DNA from: an uncultured Candidatus Binatia bacterium
GTDB lineage: Bacteria > Desulfobacterota > Binatia > Bin18
Length of the DNA stretch: 64,000 bases
NCBI GenBank assembly: GCA_965200965.1
Contig: OZ241744.1
Span: 1,504,001-1,568,000 of the forward strand
Reading direction: 5' to 3'
A program made the translations under genes and the position numbers. Below the pieces are notes generated by a model. The model was not told the origin of the DNA. It did no database searches and was given only the letters and a program-made list of their open reading frames with translations. Numbering within the stretch: position 1 is the stretch's first letter; every line of letters starts with the position of its first letter. Of this stretch, positions 28,086 through 37,091 are shown in pieces.

Positions 28086-29276
28086 ATGTACGCTCTCGTC
28101 TTTGCTTTGGCTTTGTTCTTTGCAGTTCCCGCTCTGACTTACGCAAGGACTCTTGATGTTCCACGCAACGGGGACAAACTCTCGGGCATTGGGATCATCC
28201 ATGGCTGGAAGTGTACCGCGGAGGGGGAAATTACTGTCTCCTTCAATAATGGGCCCTCCATTCCCACGACCTATGGGTTTCCCCGTGGAGATACTAGCGC
28301 AGTGTGTGGGGACGATGGGCGAAACGGCTTTTATACCTTCTTTAACTGGGCAATCCTCGGCGATGGAGAACACACCGCGGTGGCCTCTGATAATGGCGTG
28401 GAGTTTACCCGGAGTACGTTCACGGTGACAACCACCGGGGAGGAGTTTCTGACCGGAGCAAATGCACGGATCACAGTTGAGGATTTTCCGTCGCCCGGGG
28501 AGATGACAGCGCTTGAGTGGAATCAGAGTACCCAGCGTTTCGAGATGGTCAGCGTCTCACAAACATCTGGGCGAACGATGACCGACCGCCCAGACGACAT
28601 CAGCGGTGCGCAGATACACCTCATACATGTACTTCCCAGTGATGGTGTAGATGAACATCTCGATACAAACGGAACCATCGAAACCTCAGTAACCGCAATC
28701 CAGAACTATCTTTCTCTCAGGGTATCTCGGCAGTTACGACTGGATACATTTCAGGGCGGTCCCGACATAACATTTTTTAGGAGTGCGCTAACGGATACGC
28801 AAATGGCCGCAGAGGGTCCATATGTGAGGGCCAGATTGAAAGAGAACTCTCACAGGCTGGTCGGCTGTCAGCCGATAAACTCTATGCGGTCTACTATGGC
28901 GGCAAAAGTACATTCGCCTGCGGCGGTGCTGCGTGGCCTCCTGTCCTCCCCGGTGTCGTTGCCGCTCTGTACCTGAACGGCGAGCCGCCAGGCCGCTCCC
29001 CCGTGTAACACCAACCCACTGGGAACGAGTCCAACGACTATGGGCTACTGGGAGTTTGCCATGCTACACGAGTTATTCCACTTGCTCGGCGCAGTATCCA
29101 CGGATGCGCCTAACCATGTGCTACGCGGCCATGTAGGCGACGATCCAAGGGACTTGATGTACGCTGGGTCCCAGCCTTGTCAACCGCAATTCATCGACAT
29201 AGGACGGAACGATTACTACGGCCATAATAACCCCAGCCTACTTGACCTAGGGGACAGCCCTTATCTCTCTCAGTAA
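28086..29276 (+). pseudogene. Secreted two-domain protein with HExxH metallopeptidase domain, two frameshifts, inserted in the mrp operon
   Basis: AAGGAGG RBS and signal peptide. A shift near 28830 gives QIERELSQAG...YAVYYGG...CGG..WPP...YLNGEPPG; a second near 28994 returns to APPCNTNPLG...MLHELFHLLG. Confidence 0.7.
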
Positions 29277-29356
29277 GTCCACGTCAGGCACGGCGCATTG
29301 GATGGGAAGTGCTGGGGACCTCATGTTCGGTTGATTTTTACCGCTTGGCTGTCCAT

Positions 29357-30847
29357 ATGCTGCACGAGCTTTTCATCCTGTTTATCATCGGGCCGGTCGT
29401 GGCCGCCGCCGCGCTGACCGCGTTTCCGCGTTGGCCGGTCCTGCAACGCCGGCTGAGCGTGGCCTGTATCGGCGGGCTGTGGCTTCTGTCCCTGGCCAGC
29501 CTGTTCTACGTCTGGAGCAGCGGCATCGTGGTGCTGCGCATGGGCAACTGGCCGCCGCCGTTCGGGATCATCCTGGTGGCCGATGCGCTGAGCATGACCA
29601 TGGTCGGGCTGAATATGACGGTCGCCCTGGCCGTCAGCCTGTTTTCCCTGGCCTCCATTGACACCCAACGCCAGGAGCATTTCTATTTCCCGCTGTTTCT
29701 CATCCTGCTGATGGGGGTCAACGGCGCGTTCCTGACCGGCGACCTGTTCAATCTGTTTGTGTTCTTTGAGATTGTGCTGATCGCGTCCTTCGCCCTGCTG
29801 GTCTTAGGCTCCGAGCCGGGCCAACTGCGCGAGACGATCAAATACCTGGTCCTCAATCTGCTCGCCTCCACCTTCTTCCTGATCGCCCTGGCCGTCACCT
29901 ACCGCAGCCTGGGCACGCTGAATATGGCCGACCTCGCTCTGAAAATACAGGCGGCACCAGACAGCCCGCTGCTGACCGTTCTGGCCCTGCTGTTTCTGTT
30001 CGTCTTCGGCTCCAAGGCAGCCATCTTTCCACTGTACTTCTGGCTGCCCGGCCCCTACTTCCAGCCCCCGGCCGGCATGAGCGCCTTCTTTGGCGGCATG
30101 TTGACCAAGGTCGGGGTGTACGCCATCTTCCGCACCTTTACCCTGCTGTTCCGCCACGACCCGGCCCTGACCCACGAACTGATCCTCGTCCTGGCCGCCG
30201 TGAGCATGCTGCTCGGCGTGTTCGGGGCCCTCTCCCAGGTCGATATGAAGCGCATTCTGTCCTACCACATCATCAGTCAGATCGGCTATCTGATGCTGGG
30301 CATCGGCCTGCTGAGCCGCCAAGCTCTGGCCGGCGTCCTGTTCTTCATGGTGCCCTATGTGCTGTCCAAATCGGCCCTCTTTCTGATTGCCGGAGTAGTC
30401 CAGCGCGTAACCGGCACGACCTCCCTCAAAATCATCGGCGGCCTCCAGTCCTCCTCCTGGCCGCTCAGCGGCCTGTTCCTGATCGCCGCCCTGAGCTTGG
30501 CCGGCATCCCACCGCTGGCCGGCTTTTTCAGCAAATTCATCGTTCTTCAGGCCGGCGTCGAAGCCGCCCGCTACGGCTATGCCGGCATTGGGCTGGTGGG
30601 CGGGCTGTTGACCCTGGCCTCTATGCTCAAAATCTGGAACGGGGTGTTCTGGGGACCCGAACAGGGCGAGCGCCGGCCGGTGGCCTTGAAACCGCTGCTG
30701 CCCGGCATTATGCTCCTGGTGGCCGGCATTGTGTGGATTGGCCTGTTTCCAGGCGTCCTCTACAGTGTGGCCGAGGTCGCCGCCCGGCAGGCGTATGAAC
30801 CGCGGGCATATATTGAGGCGGTGCTCGGACCGGCCGCCGGCCCCTGA
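29357..30847 (+). CDS. mrpD: MrpD
   Basis: GAFLTGDLFNLFVFFEI, KAAIFPLYFWLP and LTKVGVY. Confidence 0.93.
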   Translation: MLHELFILFIIGPVVAAAALTAFPRWPVLQRRLSVACIGGLWLLSLASLFYVWSSGIVVLRMGNWPPPFGIILVADALSMTMVGLNMTVALAVSLFSLASIDTQRQEHFYFPLFLILLMGVNGAFLTGDLFNLFVFFEIVLIASFALLVLGSEPGQLRETIKYLVLNLLASTFFLIALAVTYRSLGTLNMADLALKIQAAPDSPLLTVLALLFLFVFGSKAAIFPLYFWLPGPYFQPPAGMSAFFGGMLTKVGVYAIFRTFTLLFRHDPALTHELILVLAAVSMLLGVFGALSQVDMKRILSYHIISQIGYLMLGIGLLSRQALAGVLFFMVPYVLSKSALFLIAGVVQRVTGTTSLKIIGGLQSSSWPLSGLFLIAALSLAGIPPLAGFFSKFIVLQAGVEAARYGYAGIGLVGGLLTLASMLKIWNGVFWGPEQGERRPVALKPLLPGIMLLVAGIVWIGLFPGVLYSVAEVAARQAYEPRAYIEAVLGPAAGP

Positions 30848-30888
30848 GCCAGCCGCCCCCAGACCGGCCTTCCAAGCGCGTATTTGTC

Positions 30889-31368
30889 ATGCTGCCCCAT
30901 TTTACGCTGCACCTCACCCTCGCCTTTGCCTGGTGTCTGCTGGAGAACGACATCTCGCTGCGGCAGTTTCTGACCGGCTACCTGATCGGCATTGGTGCCA
31001 TGCTATTCTTTCCCCGTTCCTTTCAGCAGGAATCGCGCTATGTCCGCAAAGTCCTGCTAAGCGTGCGCCTGCTCGGCTTTTTTCTCAAAGAGCTGACCGT
31101 GGCCAACATTGATGTGCTCAAGCAGATCCTGGCCCCGCGGCTCAACACCCGCTCCGGGATTCTGGCCTACCCGCTTGAGGTCCGCCACGCTATCCTGATT
31201 ACCCTGCTGGCCAATATGATTACCCTCACGCCGGGCACTCTGTCGGTTGAGGTCTCGCCGGACCGTCGCCTGTTGTTCATCCATTTTCTCGACATCGCGG
31301 ATATTGAGGAAGAGAAACGGAAAATCAAAGACGGCTTTGAGCGTTATCTGCTGCTGATTGCCGAGTAA
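30889..31368 (+). CDS. mrpE: MrpE
   Basis: LANMITLTPGTLSV...LFIH. Confidence 0.93.
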   Translation: MLPHFTLHLTLAFAWCLLENDISLRQFLTGYLIGIGAMLFFPRSFQQESRYVRKVLLSVRLLGFFLKELTVANIDVLKQILAPRLNTRSGILAYPLEVRHAILITLLANMITLTPGTLSVEVSPDRRLLFIHFLDIADIEEEKRKIKDGFERYLLLIAE

Positions 31369-31382
31369 TCTCCGGGACGCAC

Positions 31383-31670
31383 ATGGTTGAGCGCATCTGT
31401 CTTGTTGTACTCGGGGGCATTACCCTCTCTATTCTGCTCAGCGCCTACCGGGTGCTCCGGGGCCCGACCGTCCCCGACCGGATCATCGCCCTGGACAACA
31501 TTTCGATCAATCTGGTGGCGGCAATTATTGTCATCTCTATCCGGGCCAGGAGCGCGATGTACATCGATGTGGCCCTGGTGCTGGCCGTGCTGTCGTTTCT
31601 GGGCACAGTGGCCGCGGCCCGCTATCTGTTAGCAGGAACCCCTATTGATGGACGTCCCACCGACTCTTGA
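31383..31670 (+). CDS. mrpF: MrpF
   Basis: RGPTVPDRIIALD and SFLGTVAAARY. Confidence 0.93.
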   Translation: MVERICLVVLGGITLSILLSAYRVLRGPTVPDRIIALDNISINLVAAIIVISIRARSAMYIDVALVLAVLSFLGTVAAARYLLAGTPIDGRPTDS

Positions 31671-32055
31671 AATCATCATGAGCGGCCTGCTGCTCCTGGG
31701 CCTGTTTTTTCTGCTGACCGGTACCTTTGGTCTGCTGCGGCTCAAAGATGTCTATTCACGGATGCACGCCACGAGCAAGAGCAGCACCTTTGGCGTGGCC
31801 GGGGTATTGCTGGCAGCCGTGTTTGATTCCCGTGTGTTGGACCTGCACTCAGGGCTCAAGGAGGGTCTGCTCCTCGGCTTCCTTTTTCTCACCGTCCCGA
31901 TCAGCGCCCATATGATCGCCCGGGCCGCCTACCGGACTGGCGTATCCATGTGGCTGGGCGGGGTGGTTGACGAACTGGAGGAATGGGAGGACGAACAGCG
32001 AGAAGAAGAGGGGCAAACAGACGCTGCCAGCCCACCCACGACCGACGTCCCCTAG
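31648..32055 (+). CDS. mrpG: MrpG
   Basis: GLLRLKDVYSRMHATSK and PISAHMIARAA. Confidence 0.92.
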   Translation: MDVPPTLEIIMSGLLLLGLFFLLTGTFGLLRLKDVYSRMHATSKSSTFGVAGVLLAAVFDSRVLDLHSGLKEGLLLGFLFLTVPISAHMIARAAYRTGVSMWLGGVVDELEEWEDEQREEEGQTDAASPPTTDVP

Positions 32056-32079
32056 CCGCGTCTGTGGAGCGGCTGTCCA

Positions 32080-34359
32080 TCAAAACATCTGCCGGCTAAA
32101 TGAACTCAGCCCGACCAGGGTCACCATAAAGCGGAACTCGACCTCACTCGGGTTGACCTTATTGACGATGCCGAAATCAAACGCCCAACACTGCTGGGGC
32201 GACAGCACACGGAGATAATAGCTGTTGCGAACGAACGATGTGTCGTTCAGGTCATAGCGGGTCGAATAGGCGGCAGAGAAATACGCATTGAGCCGCACCT
32301 CCAGTTTGATGTCCAACTCCTTGAGCAGGCGGTCGGCGATAGCCCGGTAGGAAACTCCGAACGCGCTTCGGCGCTGCAACCGTCGGAACAACGGCGCGGC
32401 CGGCGGCAGGCGACGGGGATCTCTGAGCGTGGCGGTGAACCGGGTGGCAGTGACCTCGGCCTGGTCAATATCGTAGACCGTTTTGGTCCGAATACTGAAG
32501 AAGGAGAAGGGGTGCAAGTGCGCGTCAAGGATAACATCCGAGAAGTGCTGGGCGGTTTCGCTCAGCCCAAAGCCCTCCCGGCCCGCGCCGCGCAGGCGCC
32601 GGGTCGGATCGTAGGCCTGGCTGATGGTCAGGCGCAGCAACTCGCGCACGCGGGTCACGTCCTCGCCCGCGTCGGAGCCAGAGATAAATTTTCCGACGAT
32701 CCGGTTGGTCACCCTGTAGATGAACAGGCTGCGCCGATTGATCCGGTCCAGCCCGTCAAACAGGGGCAGATCGTCCTGGTCAACGACCGGGCTGTAGGTG
32801 TAAGAAACGTGGGGCTCAAGCACATGCTTGAGGCTGTGTAAGCGGCCCCAGCCCAGCACAAAGACCCGTGACAGACGAGTGCCGAGTTCGGCCCGTAACT
32901 GCACGGTCTCACGGGTACGGTCTCCAGCCGGGCTGAGCGTGGGACTCTCTCCGTCGCGGCCTAGGTCCGCCAGCGACACCGACTCTTCGGAACTCAGGTG
33001 ATAGATCGTCTCATGCCCGATCGCGCGCAACGAGCCAAAGGCATAGCCCCCCAAAGAAAAGGGGAGCGAGAGCCACGGAGAAATGTGGAGGCGTTGGCCG
33101 TAATAGCCTCGGCGACGGTAGAAGTTGGCACCGTGGATAGCGAGGCCGGTCTCTACACGGCCGTTGAGGAGCCAGCGCCGGGTCTGAAACTGGAGGGTCG
33201 GCAGGGCTTGAAAGGCGTACTTGTCATCGTTGCGCAGATCCTGGAAGTAGAATGTCTCCGCCCGCAGCTGAGCGTGACGCCAGGTTTTGACCGCCCCGGC
33301 TCGGGAGCGCGTCCAGCGTCGGGAGCGCAGGTCGGTATCGTCCAAGCCGCCATAAAAAGGCGTGTTCATGTTGCGCAAAAAACGATCATCGCTGACAAAG
33401 AAGAAGTCGCCGTAGGTCTGGACCCCGTACGGCAGGCGTTGGCGGTGTGTGCCGGTGAGGCTCCAGCGGTGCAGCGGCGAACTGGTTGAGGCCAGACCGC
33501 CAATTTTTTCATTAAAATACGAGGCGATCAGCCGGCCCTCGGTATGGCGGTTGGGGGCATAGCGATACTCGCCCAGCAGACCCAACCGGGCCTTGGTCTC
33601 AATATCTGCCGTCAGGGTGACATCATGGCTTTTGTTCAGGGCCCAATACAGGGGTTGCTGGAACTGAAAGCCGCGCTCACTCGAAAAGCCGTAGCCGGGA
33701 AAGAGCAAGCCGCTCTGCCGGTCGGCTTGAACCGGGAAGACGGCATACGGCAGGTACAGGGCCGGCATGGTGCGGACCCTGAGCGAGCCGCCGCGCACAA
33801 CACCCCGGCCCCGTCTGGTGAGGTCAAGCGTCCTGGCCGCGACGGTCCAGTCGGCCTTGTGGGGATCATCGCACTGACAGGTTGTCAGGGTCCCGTCGTC
33901 AATGTGATAGGTCTGGCCGAGGGATTTCTGGAGGCGTTTTCCAGTAATGGTGTACTGGCGGCTGGGCAGCCGCACGGTGCCGTTTGTAATCTGGCCGGTT
34001 TCATCCTCCATATCAAACTGGAGCGCCTCGGCTTCGATTGTGCCCTGCGGATTGTGCACCACAACATTGCCTCGGGCATTGACTTGGTTAGTGTTGCGAT
34101 TGACCCGGATCGTATCGGCCGTCACCCGGGTCTGCCCTTTAGTCACCACCACGTCTCCGGTGGCAGTAACGGTGTTGGGGGCTTCTTCATAGATCAGCGT
34201 CTGCGCCTCAACCTCGAGCGACTCGCTCGCCTCGGCTGCGGCTTGGTCGCCCTCCGGCTCGAGCGGCTCGTCGGTCGGCTCGGTCTGGCCCCACACCAGG
34301 GCCGGACCGGTCAGGCACATCACGGCGAGCAGCAAGCTGAGACGGATTAGGCGGGTCAT
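32080..34359 (-). CDS. lptD: LPS assembly protein LptD
   Basis: Signal peptide from ATG 34359 (overlaps folC stop), OstA-like N-domain, TTCQC, RQSGLLFP and C-terminal QCW. Confidence 0.88.
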   Translation of the reverse strand: MTRLIRLSLLLAVMCLTGPALVWGQTEPTDEPLEPEGDQAAAEASESLEVEAQTLIYEEAPNTVTATGDVVVTKGQTRVTADTIRVNRNTNQVNARGNVVVHNPQGTIEAEALQFDMEDETGQITNGTVRLPSRQYTITGKRLQKSLGQTYHIDDGTLTTCQCDDPHKADWTVAARTLDLTRRGRGVVRGGSLRVRTMPALYLPYAVFPVQADRQSGLLFPGYGFSSERGFQFQQPLYWALNKSHDVTLTADIETKARLGLLGEYRYAPNRHTEGRLIASYFNEKIGGLASTSSPLHRWSLTGTHRQRLPYGVQTYGDFFFVSDDRFLRNMNTPFYGGLDDTDLRSRRWTRSRAGAVKTWRHAQLRAETFYFQDLRNDDKYAFQALPTLQFQTRRWLLNGRVETGLAIHGANFYRRRGYYGQRLHISPWLSLPFSLGGYAFGSLRAIGHETIYHLSSEESVSLADLGRDGESPTLSPAGDRTRETVQLRAELGTRLSRVFVLGWGRLHSLKHVLEPHVSYTYSPVVDQDDLPLFDGLDRINRRSLFIYRVTNRIVGKFISGSDAGEDVTRVRELLRLTISQAYDPTRRLRGAGREGFGLSETAQHFSDVILDAHLHPFSFFSIRTKTVYDIDQAEVTATRFTATLRDPRRLPPAAPLFRRLQRRSAFGVSYRAIADRLLKELDIKLEVRLNAYFSAAYSTRYDLNDTSFVRNSYYLRVLSPQQCWAFDFGIVNKVNPSEVEFRFMVTLVGLSSFSRQMF

Positions 34360-35636
34360 CCGGCCAGCCCTCTCAGCGCGGCGGGAAACAGGGGCAGGAC
34401 CTCGCCGATGAGAAGCAGCGAGCCGCACACTACAACCGCGGTGTTGGCGTCCGCCCCGCCAAGCAACTGCCGACACGCGGTCCGGGCATCGGGATACACC
34501 CGGGTCGGACACGCCTGGCCAAACGCGGCCGCCACCGCCTGGGGGTCTGCGGCGCGCGGATTGCCAACCCGGGTGACGATCACCTCGTGGGCAATATGGG
34601 CCAGCCGCGCAACCATATTCGGCCAGTCCTTGTCGTCCATCACGCCAAACAGGAGCGTTGTGCGTCGCCCCTCAAGCACCTCAGACAAGGCCGACACCAG
34701 GGCGGCGGCCGCGTGCGGGTTGTGCGCTCCGTCAAGGATGACGAGGGGCTGGTCCGAAACGATCTGAAAGCGTCCCGGCCAGACGACCTGCTGTAGACCG
34801 CGGCGCATCTGGGCGTCGGAGACGGGAAAATCTGCGGCCAGGCACTCCAGGCTGGCCAGGGCGGCGGCCGCGTTGTGACCTTGAAAGGCACCGGCCAAGC
34901 CGAGTGAGAGCTCATCGTATTGCCACGCCCGGCCCTGATAGCCAAAATTGCCCGAACCTTCGGTCGCCCAGAAGTCCGTCCCGTACACCAGGGTGGGGCT
35001 GCCCCGCCGGCGGGCAATGTCAAGCAGCACGGCCCGGCTGTCGGCCTCCATATGGCCGATGACAACCGGGATACCGGGCTTGATGATCCCGCCTTTTTCA
35101 GCCGCAATCTGGGCTAGGCTGGTGCCCAGGTAGGCCTGATGATCGAGGCCGATCTGGGTAATCGTGCTCACCAGCGGAGCCAGCACATTGGTCGCGTCCA
35201 GGCGTCCGCCGAGACCCACCTCAACGACCGCTATATCAAGCTCGGCCTGGGCAAAAGCCACAAAGGCGAGCAGCGTCATCAACTCAAAGGGGGTGAGCCG
35301 TATCTGTGCCGGCTCAACGCGGGAGCGGATCCAGGCCACGCCGCCGGCCACCTGCTGTTGACCGATCGGGTCGCTGCCGAGGCGGATGCGTTCACAGAAA
35401 TCGAGCAAATGGGGTGAGGTAAACAGGCCAACCTGGTAGCCGGCCGCGCTCAGCACCGCGTGCAGCAGGGCCGCGGTTGAGCCCTTGCCGTTCGTGCCGG
35501 CAATATGCAGGCTGGGAAAGCGGGTGTGCGGAGAGCCGCACAGCGTCAAGGCACGTTCCACCCGGTCAAGTCCAAGCTGCATGCGCTCGACCTCGCGGTG
35601 GAACAGAAAGTCCAGGGTCTCGGCGTAGCTGAGCAT
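34356..35636 (-). CDS. folC: Folylpolyglutamate synthase/dihydrofolate synthase
   Basis: HIAGTNGKGST, EVGLGGRLDATN and LDGAHN. Confidence 0.95.
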   Translation of the reverse strand: MLSYAETLDFLFHREVERMQLGLDRVERALTLCGSPHTRFPSLHIAGTNGKGSTAALLHAVLSAAGYQVGLFTSPHLLDFCERIRLGSDPIGQQQVAGGVAWIRSRVEPAQIRLTPFELMTLLAFVAFAQAELDIAVVEVGLGGRLDATNVLAPLVSTITQIGLDHQAYLGTSLAQIAAEKGGIIKPGIPVVIGHMEADSRAVLLDIARRRGSPTLVYGTDFWATEGSGNFGYQGRAWQYDELSLGLAGAFQGHNAAAALASLECLAADFPVSDAQMRRGLQQVVWPGRFQIVSDQPLVILDGAHNPHAAAALVSALSEVLEGRRTTLLFGVMDDKDWPNMVARLAHIAHEVIVTRVGNPRAADPQAVAAAFGQACPTRVYPDARTACRQLLGGADANTAVVVCGSLLLIGEVLPLFPAALRGLAG

Positions 35637-35655
35637 AGGTGTCAATCAGCGGACG

Positions 35656-36498
35656 CTAGGGCTGGCTGGCTTCGCCCGCCGCGGTATCGCACAATAGGCC
35701 CAGCACTTGTCCCAATACGTCGCGCAAATCTTTGCGCTCAACAACCATGTCCACCATGCCATGCTCAAGCAGAAACTCCGCCCGCTGAAAGCCCGGCGGC
35801 AGTTTCTCGCCGATCGTCTGTTCAATCACCCGAGGACCGGCAAAGCCGATCAAAGCCTGGGGTTCGGCAACATTAATATCGCCAATCATACCCAGCGAGG
35901 CCGCCACCCCACCCGTTGTCGGGTCGGTCAGCACCGAGATATACGGCAATCCGGCCGCCCGCAAACGGCTCAGGGCGGTGTTCACCTTGGCCATCTGCAT
36001 GAGGGACAAGACGCCTTCCTGCATACGCGCGCCGCCCGAGGCCGAGAAAAAAATGACCGGCAGATGCTTACCTCCCGCATACTCGACAATCCGGGTGAGC
36101 TTTTCCCCCACCACGGTTCCCATACTGCCGCCCAAAAAGGCAAAATCAAACAGCCCCAGGGCCACTGCCCGGCCCCCAATCCTTGCCACCCCACACACGA
36201 CCGCCTCGGTTCGACCAGTCCTGGCCTGGGCATCGGCAATGCGCTCGGGATACGGTTTGCGGTCGGTAAAACCGAGCGGATCGATGGGCGACAGGCCAAC
36301 GTCATGCTCGACAAAAGATCCACGGTCAACCACCAGGAACAGGCGTTGCGCAACCGTCAGCCTGAGATGCGCCCCACATCTGGGACAGACGAACAGGTAC
36401 CGCTCCGCCTCTTTGCGGAACAGAATGTCTTGACAGGCCCTGCATTTGACCCAGATAGCCTCGGCGTCTTCCTGCGTCCGTCTCACTGTTACAGCCAT
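35656..36498 (-). CDS. accD: Acetyl-CoA carboxylase carboxyltransferase beta subunit
   Basis: CxxC..CxxC zinc finger, GGSMG, SGGARMQEG and DPTTGGV. Confidence 0.96.
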   Translation of the reverse strand: MAVTVRRTQEDAEAIWVKCRACQDILFRKEAERYLFVCPRCGAHLRLTVAQRLFLVVDRGSFVEHDVGLSPIDPLGFTDRKPYPERIADAQARTGRTEAVVCGVARIGGRAVALGLFDFAFLGGSMGTVVGEKLTRIVEYAGGKHLPVIFFSASGGARMQEGVLSLMQMAKVNTALSRLRAAGLPYISVLTDPTTGGVAASLGMIGDINVAEPQALIGFAGPRVIEQTIGEKLPPGFQRAEFLLEHGMVDMVVERKDLRDVLGQVLGLLCDTAAGEASQP

Positions 36499-36700
36499 GA
36501 ATCCTTCTCCCCACCGAGCAGGAAACGCGCCGGCTGAGCGGTCTGTTCAGCCCCCGCGCTCTCGCGGTCCCCACTCCGTGTGGAGCCTAGCACCTTTCAG
36601 CCTGTCTGGTAAGCCCTAGGCGGTCTTCGTGACGCCTGTGCTGATCGCACTGCTCAGACCCGCATAGCAGACAAGGCCGCGCTTGCCGTCGCTCCGGTGC

Positions 36701-36728
36701 TTGACAAGAACGCTCCCCCTGATACCAT
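36701..36728 (+). promoter_or_regulatory. Sigma70-type promoter upstream of the riboswitch
   Basis: TTGACA-16 bp-TACCAT with an extended TGn element. Confidence 0.55.
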
Positions 36729-36739
36729 ATACCCTGAAC

Positions 36740-36920
36740 AGTGCTTGAGGTACCCATAGCGGGTGAAAAGGGAAGCCGGTGCAAAGCCGGCGCGGTCCCG
36801 CCACTGTGATGGGGGAGCCTGTCTCGATCATGCCACTGCCGGTGCATACCGGCGGGAAGGCCGACGGCAGGCGTCGGGGTATGCGCCCCTGAACCCCTAA
36901 GCCAGGAGACCTGCCTGAAG
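36740..36920 (+). ncRNA. Cobalamin riboswitch
   Basis: AGGT...AAAAGGGAAGCCGGTGCAAAGCCGGCGCGGTCCCGCCACTGT...GCCACTG...GGGAAGG...AAGCCAGGAGACCTGCC (B12 box), upstream of a TonB-dependent receptor. Confidence 0.95.
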
Positions 36921-37091
36921 CCACGAACCGGCCTCTCCGTGGAGGGAGAAGGGTTACGGCGTGCTACCGCTCTGCATACACAAATCACCGCCCAGACGCT
37001 CAGCCTGGCAAGCAGACTCCCGGTCGTCTTCACGCTCTACACTCCACACCCCCGCTTCTCTCCGAACGGAAGGTGGCCCCGCGGAGGGAAG

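Noticed and set aside
36587-37033. ORFs overlapping the riboswitch, and the 36939 start for btuB
   Set aside because: Explained by the structured RNA leader; the RBS and signal peptide favour 37092.
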